A DNA stretch of 63,890 nucleotides, the filler included, from Chiloscyllium plagiosum (lineage: Eukaryota), in the NCBI RefSeq assembly GCF_004010195.1. It is 4 parts of one record of this genome, joined end to end, with 100 filler letters (N's around TTAATTAATTAA, not from the genome) between each part and the next. Parts side by side here need not be neighbours in the genome. Positions count along the whole stretch, not along the records: positions 36,724 to 58,894 come from NC_057711.1; 3 more parts are not named here. One strand, given 5' to 3'. The notes under the pieces are model-generated. The model ran no database searches and had not been told where the DNA came from. It saw only the letters and a program-made list of their open reading frames with translations. This document shows positions 37,887 to 51,529 of the stretch, piece after piece (position 1 is the first letter of the stretch; every line of letters begins with the position of its first letter). A program made the position numbers and the translations under genes.

Positions 37887-39341
37887 TACACGTGAACCAG
37901 ACAAAGTCCACCTCTAACAAGTAAGAATCTAACCATTTCCCCTTGACATTCAATGGCATTACCATCACTGAATCCCCAATATCAACATCCTGGCGATTAC
38001 TGGAGTGACATTCACATTTCATAAATGAATATATTAAAAATGTCAGCAGTTGGTTGAAGAAACAAGTATATTAAAGCAATGTTGTACCTTTAATTCAATT
38101 GATGCTAAGTCCCATCAGCTTCAGTGTGCTATTAATAGGATTGTGTAAGCAATGTATTGCTGCCGGGCAGTTGCTACTTGTCTACTTCTTGCACTACACA
38201 TCTGTAAGAAGTGTTTGGCAAAACGCAATGGCAAGATTGGACTGCAATAGGTTTGCCTGAAATCTCTTTTTTGAGGTACAGACATGCTTCTCATCTGCTG
38301 AAGAATTTCTGGAGTAGTTTCACTTTCATAATGGAGGCCGAACCTTCACAGTTTGAGCTGATTGTATGGCTTCCATTATGTTGATGCTGGATGTTATTTC
38401 TTTGAAGGTAAGTTCAATTTCTGTGGCGATGGTTAGGCTGAGCTTTTGGAGATCCCCAACTCAACTAATGCCTTTTAAAGGATTTGTAGCATTTGAGTTT
38501 TGCTGCTGTTATTTTGACCAGAGCGCTTGATTTTCATTAAAAAAAATCAAATAACCTAAATTAAGGGACAAGTTCCTTTCTGAATATGAGACAAAGTCCA
38601 ATGAAAACTGATTACACTTAGGAAGTAAAGATGAAAAGAATACAGAATATATTAATGGTTGGATGACCAGTAAGGTGTGAGTTAATTGGATAGATGACTG
38701 GAATATGGTGCAAATTAACACCAATGGTTGGGTTCAGTCCCTGTAATACATGGAGTTCATTGGAATTATGTCCTCTCCTTTCCTCAGCAGCATTGTAACT
38801 TAACCTTTACAAGAAAACTACATGCAAAGATAGAGAAAGAAAGAGAGAGAGAGTAGAGAGTAGAGAATTGATTGTATTCAATGTTTAGAGACAGAGAAAC
38901 AATGACTATTGAGGTTTTGTAAAGTTAAAAAGAATTAAGTAGAAAAGCAGTAGAGAGAAATATTAAATGCTATGCCTAAGAGGAATAGTTGCCTGTGTTA
39001 GAGTGTATTATTTCAATGTATACATGCCCAGCTACAATTATATTTGAAGAAATTCTTAATTGAGGTGACACGTTTATATTGGAGTTGTTCAAGCAATCAG
39101 GCAGTGCTGAGCTCCAAGCCCTGCTCTGACTCATCATAAGAGGTAAATAATTGTTTAAAATTCCTGGAATTTTGGATGTAAAACAGTAAAATGGTTATCA
39201 CACAGAAGGAGGTAACTCAGTCCATCAGATTTGTACTGGCTGTCTGAATGTACAATTCAACCGAGTGCCACTCTGCTGTCTTTTCCTTATGATTTTGAAT
39301 AACTCTATCAAACCTCATCACCACCTTCTCTTTTCTCTTCA

Positions 39342-39533
39342 TTGGATTGGGGTGGACAATATTAAAAATCATACAACACTAAGTTGTAGTCTAACAGGTA
39401 TATTTGGAAGTGCAAGCTTTCGGAGCACTGCTGCTTCATCAGGTAGCTACCTGACAAAGGAACTGTTCTCTGAAAGCTTGTACTTCCAAATAAACATGTT
39501 GGACTATAACCTGGCATTGTGTGGTTTTTAACT
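39342..39533. mobile_element. Family B inverted-repeat element with two divergent hammerhead cores
   Basis: Centre TCATCAGGTAGCTACCTGAC; minus core CTGATGA...GCTCC-GAAA-GCTT; possible 7-bp TSD CTCTTCA. Confidence 0.8.
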
Positions 39534-41687
39534 CTTCAAGGGAAGCAATTCTAACTTCTCCAATACTTCTATGTTACTGAAGTCATTTACTGTTGGAACT
39601 GTTCACCTTGAGCTATTTTACATCTGAGCTTAAACATTAAGGCTTTGAGTAACCTCAACAAGATTTAATCCCACCATTTCTTGTCTGGTACTATCAATAA
39701 CTCTTTACTCTAAAGTGATCTAGATCACTGTATCCTTTGCTTCTCAGGAAGCAACTTTATTGAAAGACTTCACAGGACTACTCAAAACTCAGGTAAAACA
39801 ATGATAAAATCTCTCTCTTTAAATTACGGTTGTGTTCCTTAAGATATAAAAACAAATTCCCTGACCTTCTGAACTGGAAGCTATTTTTGTTGTTTGGTTA
39901 AAAAAGGACCAATGTATGCAAAAAAAAATCAATAATTTAAAGCTAAATTTCAAAACTCTTGTAAGTAGATCATCACGGCCACAGAAATACTTACAACTGA
40001 ATTATTAACTTCAGACACACAGAAAACCCATGTGTTACTAATACAAAAACTGAAAACCTAAAGTTACCATAAATTATGTCGAAAATATACATAAATTATA
40101 GTCTACATCACAGCAGACACACTAACAGTTGCATAAAAGCTTTGTAAGGCAATGCATTATTTACTCTTGCATTATATTAATTACTTTGAATCGTGTGCTA
40201 TGCTTTTTTTTAAATCCTATTAGCAAATGTAGGGTGTTGGAACATGGTTATCACTGGTTGGCCAGAATTCATTGCCTGTCCCTAGTTGCTTTTAAACTGA
40301 GTGGCTTGCTAGGTCATTTCAGCGGCAATTAAGAATTGCTGTGGGTCTGGAATCACAGATAGGTCAGACCAGGTGAGGATGGCAGATTTCCTTCCTTGAA
40401 GGATATTAGTGATTTTGGTTAGCTCAGTAGGCTGAATAGTTGGTTTTACAATGGGTTGGTTTTACAATGGGTTGAGGTTACCATGAAGGACTCTCTTTTT
40501 CAACCTATCCCCTTGTCTGAAGTACAGTGACCCTCAAGGTAAGCCACTACCATTTACCTCTCTCCCTAATGAGAGATTAGGACTCAGGTGACTTTGCCTT
40601 GTTATTAATTAACTAACTACTTGTGGCGAAGTCCTGTGTGCTGGCTTTGTCATAAGGAGGTGGAATGTGTGTCGATGAACTAATCCGTATTCTGACTGAA
40701 GAAATACGTTGTGAGAGGGAGAACAGAAAAGGCAGATGGAAAGTACCACAGATTCCTGCGAAATATCTGAAACTGTTCCTGAGTTGTGAAGGATGCTAGT
40801 TCTATGATCACAAAACTGACTTCCACATTCCTTCATTATGCATTGGTAGAGGTGTTGCCTCAGACAACAGCTTATGTTTATTCACGGATGAAGAAGGGTC
40901 CAGAAAAATACATCTGGCCAGAACTCTCAGAAGGACAGTGATGTCAATAAAAATTAATGAAAGAGGCTCGAAACAGGTATGACCTAATATGATACACAGT
41001 CAATGCAAAGATGAAGTATAAAAAAGGCACATGGTTGCTGCTGTAACTGGGAAAGTCCCACTTGACGAAGGCATAGTGCTTCAGAAGCTTGTGATTTCAA
41101 ATAAACCTGGTGTAATGTGACTTCTGACACATTCCAACACTGGCACCTCCACATCATGGAGAGAACTGTTTGCTCTGTTGCTATGAAATCACACTTGGAA
41201 AGCTGGTAAAGGATTGGCTACATGAGTTAGAGCCTGGTTCATGGGGCTTCTAAGCAACCAGCATAGTTGTGAGAATGTAGTATTGCTTAGTCGTGCAATA
41301 AAGGTATACCACATGAAGTGGAACTGTATCCAAGTTGAGGTTGATGTAGATATCTGGGCCAGAAGATCCTGGCCCCAAAAGGGCATTCACATTGGGGTGC
41401 CAGTCATACGAACTGGTTTGTTCTGGATGGTGTCAAGATCTTTCTATATTATTGAAAACACAGTCACCAGTTTGGTAGAGAATATTCCATCAGCCCCTTG
41501 ATCTTTTATCCTGGAGATGGTGGACAGGTATTAGGCAATCAGGAGGTAAGTTCTTTCCCACAACTTTCTAATCTCTCACCTGCTTTGGTCATTCCAGTAT
41601 TTAAATAGCTTGTTCAGGTTATTTTCTGGTTAATGGTAGCTCCCAGGATATTGATGGTAGGAAATTGTTCTAATTTTCTTATGAACA

Positions 41688-42895
41688 GGTGCAGTCGTCT
41701 CAGCTCCAAGACATTTCTGTAAGGGTTCCTCAGCGTAGTATCATTGTTCCAACTATCTTCAGCTGCTTCATCATGACTTTTGCTCCATCATTAGATCAGG
41801 AGTGGGGATGAACTGATGATTGCACAATGTTCATCATTATTTATAATTCATCAGGCACTGAAGTCTAAATGCAACAAGAACTGAACGGTATCCAGGCTTG
41901 GGCTGAAAAATATTTACGTCACACAAATGCCATGTAATGATTATCTCCAACAAAATGGAATCTAATCATTATCCCTTAATATTCAATGATGTTTAGTATA
42001 CTTTCCTTTATTGGTCAGAGTATTGAATACAGGAGTTGGGAGGTCATGTTGCGGCTGTATAGGACATTGGTTAGGCCACTGTTGGAATATTGCGTGCAAT
42101 TCTGGTCTCCTTCCTATCGGAAAGATGTTGTGAAACTTGAAAGGGTTCTGAAAAGATTTACAAGGATGTTGCCAGGGTTGGAGGATTTGAGCTATAGGGA
42201 GAGGCTGAACAGGATGGGGCTGTTTTCCCTGAACCATCGGAGGCTGAGGAGTGACCTTGTAGAAGTTTACAAAATTATGAGGGGGATGGATAGGCTAAAT
42301 AGACAAAGTCTTTTCCCTGGGGGCGGGGAATGTCCAGAATTAGAGGGCATAGGTTTAGCGTGAGAGGGGAAAGATATAAAAAAGACCTATGGGGCAACTT
42401 TTTCACACAGAGGCTGGTACATGTATGGAATGAGCTGCCAGAGGGAGTGGTGGAGGCTGGTACAATCGCAACATTTAAGAGGCATTTGGATGGGTATATG
42501 AATAGGAAGTGTTTGGAGGGATATGGGCCGGGTGCTGGCAGGTGGGACTAGATTGGGTTGGGATATCTGGTCGGCATGGACGGGTAGGACCGAAGGGTCT
42601 GTTTCCAGGCTGTACATCTCTATGACTCTATGTTGGAGATAATCATTACATGGCATTTGTGTGACGTAAATATTTTTCAGCCCAAGCCTGGATACCGTTC
42701 AGTTCTTGTTGCATTTAGACTTCAGTGCCTGATGAATCATAAATAATGATGAACATTGTGCAATCATCAGCACATCCCCACTCCTGATCTTATGATGGAG
42801 CAAAGGTCATGATGAAGCAGCTGAAAATAGTTGGAACAATGACACTACACTGAGGAACTCCTACAGAAATGTCTTGGAGCTGAGACGACTGCACC
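41688..42895. repeat. Inverted repeat, arms 41688-41952 and 42631-42895
   Basis: Arms of about 265 bp that are reverse complements of each other, surrounding a CR1. Confidence 0.92.
41986..42630 (+). mobile_element. CR1 3' fragment
   Basis: LYRTLVRPLLEYCVQFWSP; tail CTCTATGACTCTA. Confidence 0.94.
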
Positions 42896-43672
42896 CATTC
42901 TCTACTATCTATGTACCGGGAGTTACTATTGACCAGAAACTGAACTGGACTCATCTTATAAATGCAATGGTGACAAATATAGTTCAGAGGCTAAGAATAC
43001 TACCAATGTCTGTCCACTATCTACAAGATACAAGTCAGGAGCGTGATGGAATACTCCCTACTTGCGTGAACGACTGCAACTCCATCAACACTTAAGACGT
43101 TTGACACTATCTGAGAGAAGCAGTTCACTTAATTGGTATCACTTCCACAAAAGTCCACTTCTTTCACCACCAACACTCAGGAGTAGAATGGAGTATCATC
43201 TACAAGATGCACTGCAAAACATTCATCACGTTTCCTAAGACAGCAACTTCCAAACGCATGAGCACTCCCATCTTGAAGGACAGGTTCATCAGCCACAGAG
43301 GAGGCCCTGCAAGTTCTCCTCTAAGTCACTCACCATCATCACTTGGAAATATTTCATCATTACTTCAGTATTGGTTAAAATCCTGGAACTTGCTCCCTAA
43401 AAGCATTGTGGGTCTACATAAAGCGCACGGGCAACAGCCAATCAAGAAGGCAGCTCACTGCCAACTTGTCATGAGTAACTAGGGAGGGGCAATAAATGCT
43501 GACCCAGTCAGCGGTGTCCAAATCTCATGAATGTATAAAAATAAATACAAAAGATAATTGAGGTCTTTCTTAGAGGTGATGTTGCCTGGATACTGTATGG
43601 TACAAATGTTATTTTCGATATCAGGTCCAAGCCAGAGTGCAGAAGGATGAAGCAGTTTGGAAAAATCAAATC

Positions 43673-44005
43673 AGGGCATCACGGTGGTTCAGTGGTGAGC
43701 ACTACTGCTTCACAGCATCAGGGACCTGGGTTCGATTCCAGCCTCAGATGACTGTGTAGAATTTGCACATTTTCCCTGTTCTGCATGGGTTTCCTTCAGA
43801 TACTCCAGTGTCCTCCCACAATCCAAAGATCTGCAGGTCAGGTGAATTGCCCATAGTATTCACCAATATGTAGGTTAGGTGTATTCGTCAGGGGTAAATG
43901 TAGAGTAATAAGGTAGGGGGATGGGTCTGGGTTGGTTATTCTTTGGAGGGTTGGTGTGGACTTGTTGGGTCAAATGGCTTGTTTCCACACTGCAGGGATT
44001 CTATG
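43673..44005 (+). mobile_element. HE1-type V-SINE
   Basis: A and B boxes, V-domain and tail. Confidence 0.9.
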
Positions 44006-44607
44006 AAATGGTTGAACTTAGGACACTACCTTGTGCCAGCTGGAATTCCTGCAACAATGCCTCATGTTTGAGATGATTGGTCTCTAACAAGTATAATTGC
44101 ATTTCTTTGTACTCGCTAGGATTGCAGTCTGTTTAAACTTTCCCTTCTAATTCCAATTTTTGTTAGCTCCTTGATGCTTCACTTGGTTAAATACTGCTTT
44201 GATGTCAATGGCTGTCACTTTAACCTCAGCTTGTCATTCAGTTTAAGGCTGTAATGAGCTAATTGACCCTGACCCAAACTGAATATCAAGTGAGCAGATT
44301 ATTATTAAGTGTTATATGACAGCATTGTTAATGACACTTTACAGATTATTCAGAATTGCTTGATGGAGTAATAATTGGTTGCCTTGGATTTGCTCTGTTT
44401 TTTATTTGGATGAGGTATTCCTGGGCAATTTTCCACATTGTGATGCTAATGTTGAAGCTGTACAAGAACATTTTGACTGTAGATGTTGTTAGTTCTGAAG
44501 CTAACTGTCCTTAGCTCTACAGATGGGATGTTGTCAGAGCCCATAACTCGTGTGTTTAATCATGACTTTGTATCTCTGGAAAAAGCTACAAGCTGGTGTC
44601 GACAATG

Positions 44608-44818
44608 GGAGAAAGTGAGGAGTGCTGGAGATCAGAGTCGAAAAGTGTGGTGCTGGAAAAGCACAACAGGTTAGGCAGCATCTGAGGAGCAGGCGAATCG
44701 ACGTTTCGGGCAAGAGCTCACCATCAGGAATGGTGAAGGGCTCTTGCCCGAAACATCGATTCTCCCGCTCCATGGATGCTGCCTGACCTGCTGTGCTTTT
44801 TCAGTACGACACTCTCGA
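44608..44818. mobile_element. Family A inverted-repeat element
   Basis: Two opposed degenerate hammerheads around 44700-44760; probable TSD at 44593-44607 and 44819-44833 (12/15 identical). Confidence 0.85.
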
Positions 44819-45259
44819 CTGGCGTCTATAATGCTTGAGACCTAATTGACAGGGTCAAATTGAATCACCCATTGGCACTACAGACTATATGTTTCAAATG
44901 CAAATGTTTCTGCCTTATCTTTTGCATTGAACTTTACTTGGTTCTGCTATCCTTTAGCTTGGGATATTTGTAGAGTCTTCAGTTAGTTATCCACTGCATT
45001 CCTAATTAAATGCAGCAATGCTACAGAACTTTGATCTGATCTTTTAGTTATAGAACTATTCATCTTTGCCTTTAGAATTATATTTCTCCTGAGTTGTAGC
45101 TTCATCAGTTTGGCACCTCATTTTTACATATGCTAGATGCCTTTCTATATCATGATTTCCACCTTTCTTAAATTTCAAAGGTTGTGGTTAACACAAACTC
45201 ACTAGAATTTTAAGCTGAGTTTAGAAGTTCAAAAGGCCATTGACACATTGGCACAGTCA

Positions 45260-46020
45260 GAGAATAGGTGGCATATGAAGAAGTATGATGTGATACTTTG
45301 GTACAAAGAATATGGATAAATAGTATAAAAATGAAAAGTGCTATTCTAAAGGGGTGCAGGAGCAGAAACACTTGGTTAGATGTATACATAGCTCAGAACA
45401 GGAAGGGAGGGCTGTTAATAAAGCGTATAGTTATCTCAGTTTCATTAATAAGTTCATGAACAGAGAGAGAATAAATTAATTAAGACTCTTTTTAGATTTC
45501 ACCTAAAGTATTGTGCACATTTCTGAACACCACACACTATAGGAAAGATGTGATTACTTTGGCGAAGGTGCAGAAGAGATTTACAAGAATGGTTACAAAA
45601 GTGAGACACTTTAGTTAGAACGATTATTGTAGATGTTGGGGTTGTTTTCTTTGGAGAAGAGAATGCTCTGATATAACTTTTCAAACTCACAAGGGAACTG
45701 GACACAGTCGGTAGGGAGAAATTTTTCTCACCAGTGAATGAATTGAAAACAGAGTGTAAAGTTTTAAAGAGTTTTGCAAAATAAGCAAATGCAAGATGAG
45801 GGAAAACTTTTGCACACAGCAAGTATCTTGGGTGGGAATGTACTGCCTTGCAGTGTAGTGGAAGCAGGTTCAATTGAGGCATTGAAGTGGGCATTGGGTG
45901 ATTGTTGAAATAGTAATAATGTGCAGGGCTACAGGGAAAAGACAGGGGGTTTGGCAGTAAGTTCAAATCCTCAGAGAGATAGTGCAGACTTGATGGACCA
46001 TGTAAGTGCCTCCTGAATGT
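45260..46020 (+). mobile_element. Highly degenerate CR1 3' fragment
   Basis: Recognisable AAGGTGCAGAAGAGATTTACAAGAATG and downstream CR1 motifs. Confidence 0.7.
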
Positions 46021-46449
46021 TTGCAATTTTGATACTTCAGTTGCAATGCATTGACTGTGAAAGCATGATCCAGTGTTGTAAGGCTGGTCCTTCCCACAAT
46101 TAGATTTATACCTGATCTTTCAAAGGAACTCTTGCCCTGTGAATAGGATCAGGAAGGAAATGTTTAAACCACTTTTTGAAATCAAGGCATAGTCCAATAA
46201 AAATCATGATTATGTTTGCCTTGATCTGAATGCCTCGACTCTGCAGTTCAGTTCTTCTTGACAATATCAACTTGCCCATCCTGCACACTCCCCTGGTATC
46301 TCTTTCCAATGAGATTTACATTTTAAGATCACCAAAAAAAAAGTTCCCGAGACAATTATAATCCTTAGAAGTAAAATGTATTTGCCTTTATGAAGCCAAC
46401 ATTATGGCTTATGTAATTGTTTTTGGTGCAGCATTTTTACTTTGGCTAT

Positions 46450-47218
46450 TGTTGGGGAGATTTCACTGGGGTGTTTAATGTAGGGCTAGGGAGGGTGACA
46501 CTAGTTCAGACACTTCTAGCCCTGAAATGGTTAACAACAGCCAAGCGAGCTGCTGCTGGCGACTGCATGAGTGCCTGGCTGGAGCTTGTAAGGGATATGC
46601 ATAATGTTAATTAAATCTTGGAGCCTGTAAATACCAGCCAGTATCAATTGCCCCATCGATACTCAGGATTAATAAAGAAACCGATCGGAATCTGTAACTG
46701 TTAGACAAGTGTGAATTGCTCTATCGGAACCTGTAACTGTTGAGTGTGAATGGCTCTATTTAAGTCTAAAGTTGATAATTGTAATTGTCAATTTAGTTAA
46801 ACTGAAACTATTGAAAATGGCTAGCCTGTCAGACGCATAGTAATTCCTTGAAACAATGAACTATTGAATACGGGATCGGAACCGCTCTCGGGGATGGCTG
46901 AGCCATTGTCAAGCACAGCAGGAGCTGGACACGCACTTCGATGCGGCCAATAGGAGGACGGATCCCCAGCGCGCGCAGATGAATGGACCAATGGGGAAGG
47001 CGAACTGACCGGGGACTCCAGGCAGTGCGAAGTATAATTGTGTCAAGTTTGAACGAGAAGTCAGAACGCCTTCTCCAACGAATGCATGCTTGTAGGTTCG
47101 TTGTACCAGTTAAGATTCTGTGAATAAGCTGCTGTCTGCGTCTAACCATAGTTGCCAGTGTGAGTCTCTCCTTCCGAAAGAACACGCAAAGACGGGACCC
47201 CGCGGGTCCGTCTTAACA
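46450..47218 (+). mobile_element. Solo LTR (ERV/Gypsy-like), 769 bp
   Basis: TGTT...AACA ends; TSD CTAT at 46446-46449 and 47219-47222; CCAAT at 46947 and 46988, TATAAT at 47033, AATAAG at 47123; CpG-rich. Confidence 0.85.
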
Positions 47219-47732
47219 CTATTCTCTGAAGACTTCTGACCTTTTTTTGAGAATTAAGTATTTCCTTCTTGACAGGACTCATGAGTCAGAGCATTATGTT
47301 ACTTCTCAATACGCATCTCCAAGGAATTCACTTGTTCGAATTACTTCACCAGTGTTTCTACGAACTAGTTTCAAACATTCCCCAAATTATATCATTGAAT
47401 TTGACCTGCTCACATATTTATATTGGCACTTTGCATGTGTAATGCAAAGATTGCGATCAGGCCAAAGGTTGGCACCTTTAAAATACAATTGCTTTATCTT
47501 TGGGCAGCTGGCATATACTCCCATCCTGTTGCAGACCAAAGCATAAAAGTGATGACATATTAGCATGGATAGATGATTGGCTAATTTACAGCAATAGAGG
47601 ATTCAAAATAGATTGAACATTTTCATATTGGCAATTGATAACTAATGGGGTGTCACAGGGATCAGTGTATTTTTATGAGCTATTTATGATTTATGTTAAT
47701 ATCTTGTTTGAATTGTAGTCTAATTTTTAAAA

Positions 47733-48071
47733 TTCATTCATGAGATGAGGGTGTCACTAACTAGGCCAACATTTGTTGTCCATCCCTAATTGCCCAGCAG
47801 ATAGATAAGAATCAACCACATTGCTATGGCCTGGAGTCACATGTGGGCCAGACCAGGTAAGGACAGCAGTTTCCTTCCCTAAAGGGCATTGGTGAACCAC
47901 ATGGGTTTTTCCCACAACAGATTCATGGTCATCATCATATCTTAATTCCAGATTTTATTTTAATTAAATTCAAATACTGCCATCTGCCAAATTTGAACCC
48001 AGGTGCCCAGAATATTACCTGGGCCACTGGCTTAACAGTGCAGTGATAATAGCACTGGGTCATCACCTCCC
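47733..48071 (-). mobile_element. Older tRNA-like SINE, near full length
   Basis: Homologous to 8560-9225; shares its 3' tail with the old LINE family. Confidence 0.7.
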
Positions 48072-48164
48072 CATTTGCTAAAAGCACAAGGAAAGCAAGT
48101 TGTGAAGAGAAAACAAGGAGTCTGCAAAGGAATATAGATAAGTCAACTGAGTGGTGAAAAATAA

Positions 48165-48476
48165 ATTCAAATCCCTACAGTGTAGAAACAGACTATTTGG
48201 CTCAACAAGTCCACACCAACCCTTCAGAGAGTAAGCCACCCCCCCTACATTTACCCCTGACAAATGGACCTAACGCTATGGGCAATTTAGGATGGCCAAC
48301 TCACGTGATCTGCACATCTTTGGACCATATGAGGAAACCAGAGCACCCAGAGGAAACCCACACAGACATGGGGAGAATGTGCAACTCCACACAGACAGGG
48401 GCCTGGGGCAGGAATCAAACCTGGGTCCCTGCTGTTGTGAGGCAGCAGTACTAACCACTGAGTCACCATGCCACCC
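48165..48476 (-). mobile_element. HE1-type V-SINE within a degenerate CR1
   Basis: tRNA head, V-domain and tail on the minus strand. Confidence 0.9.
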
Positions 48477-49523
48477 AATGTTTACAGATGAAATGTAATG
48501 TTGGAAAATGTGAGTTTCGCAGGAAGAAGAGAAAAGCTGAATATTACTTCCTTAGAGAGAAACTACAGAGTGATGTAATGCAGAGAAATCTGGACATTCT
48601 CCTGAATGACTCGTAATCAAAAAATAGCCAGCAGATGCATAAGTAATTTGAAAGGTGAATGAAGTATTGTTTCTATTACAAGAAGGATAAACTTAGGGAA
48701 TTCTTGCTGCAGCTCTGCAAGATATTGGTAAAACCATACATGTAATGGTGTGCATCCTTATTGAAGGAGTGATATACTTGCATTGAAATCAAATTGGTTA
48801 GACATGACCTCCCCTTAGCAAAACCATTCTGACTGCTCAGGATTAATCCATGATTCTCCAAGTGCAGATGAATTCTGTCCATCATAATTAATTTCAATAT
48901 TTTCTTCACTGAGATTACTTCACAGCTAACATTCTAACAGTCTCCAATGCAGACAATATGGAACTCTGGAGAAGTTTCTTAGTCTTGAGAATGTGAAACC
49001 TGCTAGATAGGAGCAATTGAGATGGATAGTAGTGCTGTATTTATGGGGACTCGAGATAACAATGGTGGGAGAAAGAATGAGAAGGATATGGGATAGGTTG
49101 AGCTGAAGAGAATATAAATACAGGTATAGACCCATTAACCTCAATACTCTATCCCTGTGCTGTAAGTGTGCAGACAGAGCCTGTGCTAGATACACTTGAT
49201 AAGTAGTCGAAGGGAACCTGAAATAGATTTATTTCTTAAACATTTTTCTTGAGGTGTGCACCATTGCTGAGAAAGTTGCTCTTTAATGTTCAAAATTTAA
49301 TGAGCTTAATCTGCCAACATACAAATCATGAACTATCATCCAGAACTCAGATTGACTTTTCAATTTTGCTGGTTAATTAAGGAGACCTGCAATTTGCATT
49401 GCATTATCATTTTTTGTATGCATTATGAATTCTTTTTAGTTGAATGATTGTGTACTGATCGGCAATCACAGTTCAGCGCATAATACAATGATAATTTTCC
49501 AACAACCCAATGACTGTCTTCTT

Positions 49524-49587
<64 letters not shown>
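49524..49587 (+). repeat. (TCTA)16 microsatellite
   Basis: Perfect tetranucleotide run. Confidence 0.98.
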
Positions 49588-51529
49588 ATGATAGGCTGAC
49601 TCATTCAGCAAGGTAGTTAAGATTCAACCACATGTGTATGGTTTAGAATCTCATGAGAGAATCCTTCAAATAAAAACTCATTACAATTCACACTTAGGCA
49701 AAAATGACAATAGTCAGCCCCTTATGTGTATTAACAATTTTTCTCAGTAAGGTATATATTTTGGAAAAAAAGAATAAGAGCTTTGGCAGTGGTTCCCAAA
49801 TTCCAAATTCCAAGAATTATTATGAAGAAGTGGGGCAGGGGGGAGTGGGAATTCTTTCAACTTGTTAGTTCCCCAAGGCGCCCCATTTACAGGAATCCTG
49901 ACTTGAAACTTAGCTGTTTGCTGCTTCTAGATAACCAAGCGTGGTCAGAATATTAATCACAGTGCTGCATATATTTCCCATATGCACTTCCTGTGGTTGT
50001 GTCACAGGCTTTCAATTAGGAAGTTAGAAATTTAAACTTACACAACCTACAGTTCCATTTAAGAGTTTGCCTTTATGAAATTTCTAGTTTTTATTGAAGT
50101 TCCTATGACAAAATCTGTGCAGAGGTCAAATAAATTCTATATACATTTAAAACGGAGATTAAGAGAAAAAAAAAATCGTTCAGAGGGTTGTGAATCTTTA
50201 GAATTTTCTTCCACAAATGGCAGAGGTAGATGGATTCTTGATTACCGAGAGGTTGGAAGATTGGTGAGGATATAAGGAACATAAAGTTGAAGTTAAAATT
50301 GCAAATGCAATACATGAGATTCTCACACATCAGCCATACAGGTTCCTAGAATTCATCAGTACACACACCAACCATGTCGTAGAACGACACTGTCTGAGCA
50401 TGTCATGCTCTGTCCAGGCCAATCACAGATTCACCTCATAGAAAGGTAAGGTATCGTTAATATACTGGACTTGTTATCAATTTTCAAGGTTATCATTTGA
50501 CTTTCTATTCACATTAGAACTACTATTGCCCCTTCCCTATTTCTTTTGTTCAGCATACACCTTCAACATAGTAAAAGATATTGCTCAGTCTCATCATTCT
50601 CACTCCAAAAGGATTAGTGTCAGATTAAATCAGGCAGCACCCAATCTGATTGTGCCATACAGTGCCAGATGGAGGATGAGGGGTTCAGTTACTGATCCTA
50701 ATCGTGTCAGATGTGTCCTCTCTGGCTCCTGATAGCTTTTACTATCTAAAGTACCTATTGATATCATTTAATAACCTACATCCTGTTGTTAAGGCAAATT
50801 ACCTTCCAGGTTAAGACTCATGAGAGATTCATTCTCTGTCTTTGGTTAGCAAGTGGGTCCTTAGACCCAGAACAGAAAGAGGGCTGGTGGCAGCACCAAG
50901 GAGCTCCCATTATTGGTTCTACAAATACTCACCAGCTGTACGGTTGCCCAATTTGTGAATGTCTTTATTCATGCTGCGTTTTTGCTTAATCTGTCTTTGA
51001 ATAAGATTACTCATGTGATTTTGTTGTCTCTGTGATTTTTTCATCTTTTGTTTCTGTACTTCTTCTGAATGTGTCTCATTTCTAAGCACTAACCTTCAAG
51101 TAGTTGACTTAAACACCAAGATGGTGATTTTTTTCCAGGGGTTGAATGCTTGATTTTTGCATGTTAATCCTTTATTCTTTGCCCTGGAATTCATTCGCAT
51201 CCTGCCATGTCTTGATGCATTCTGAACATGATCAACACCCACCCAGAGTCGTTCAGTTAACATTGCCTGTGTCGCCATTGCTAATTCATGTGTGAGTGCA
51301 TGGTTCACTGCCTCTTGAAATGTCCAACTTCGGGACACAACCTCTCTTAATGTAACTATTACTGAAAAGACAGAGCCATGCTGTTGAAGCTTCATATTGC
51401 TGATATAAATGTTTGTTCCATTTGAGATTTGGAATTCTCACAATTCTGCCCTGTTGTGTGCTTGATGTCTCTTCTTTTCAGCAGTGTTCAAGTCCAACAC
51501 ATCCCGAGCAATTCCTTCCATAAGTTAGA

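Larger units (their letters stand above)
41160..43530. mobile_element. Rearranged old LINE fragments in both orientations
   Basis: Homologous to the 23960-25640 family: minus 41160-41660, plus 41690-41985, minus 42631-42895, plus 42896-43530. Confidence 0.7.

Noticed and set aside
38270..38413. Possible exon ending AAG|GTAAGT
   Set aside because: No convincing open frame or homology.
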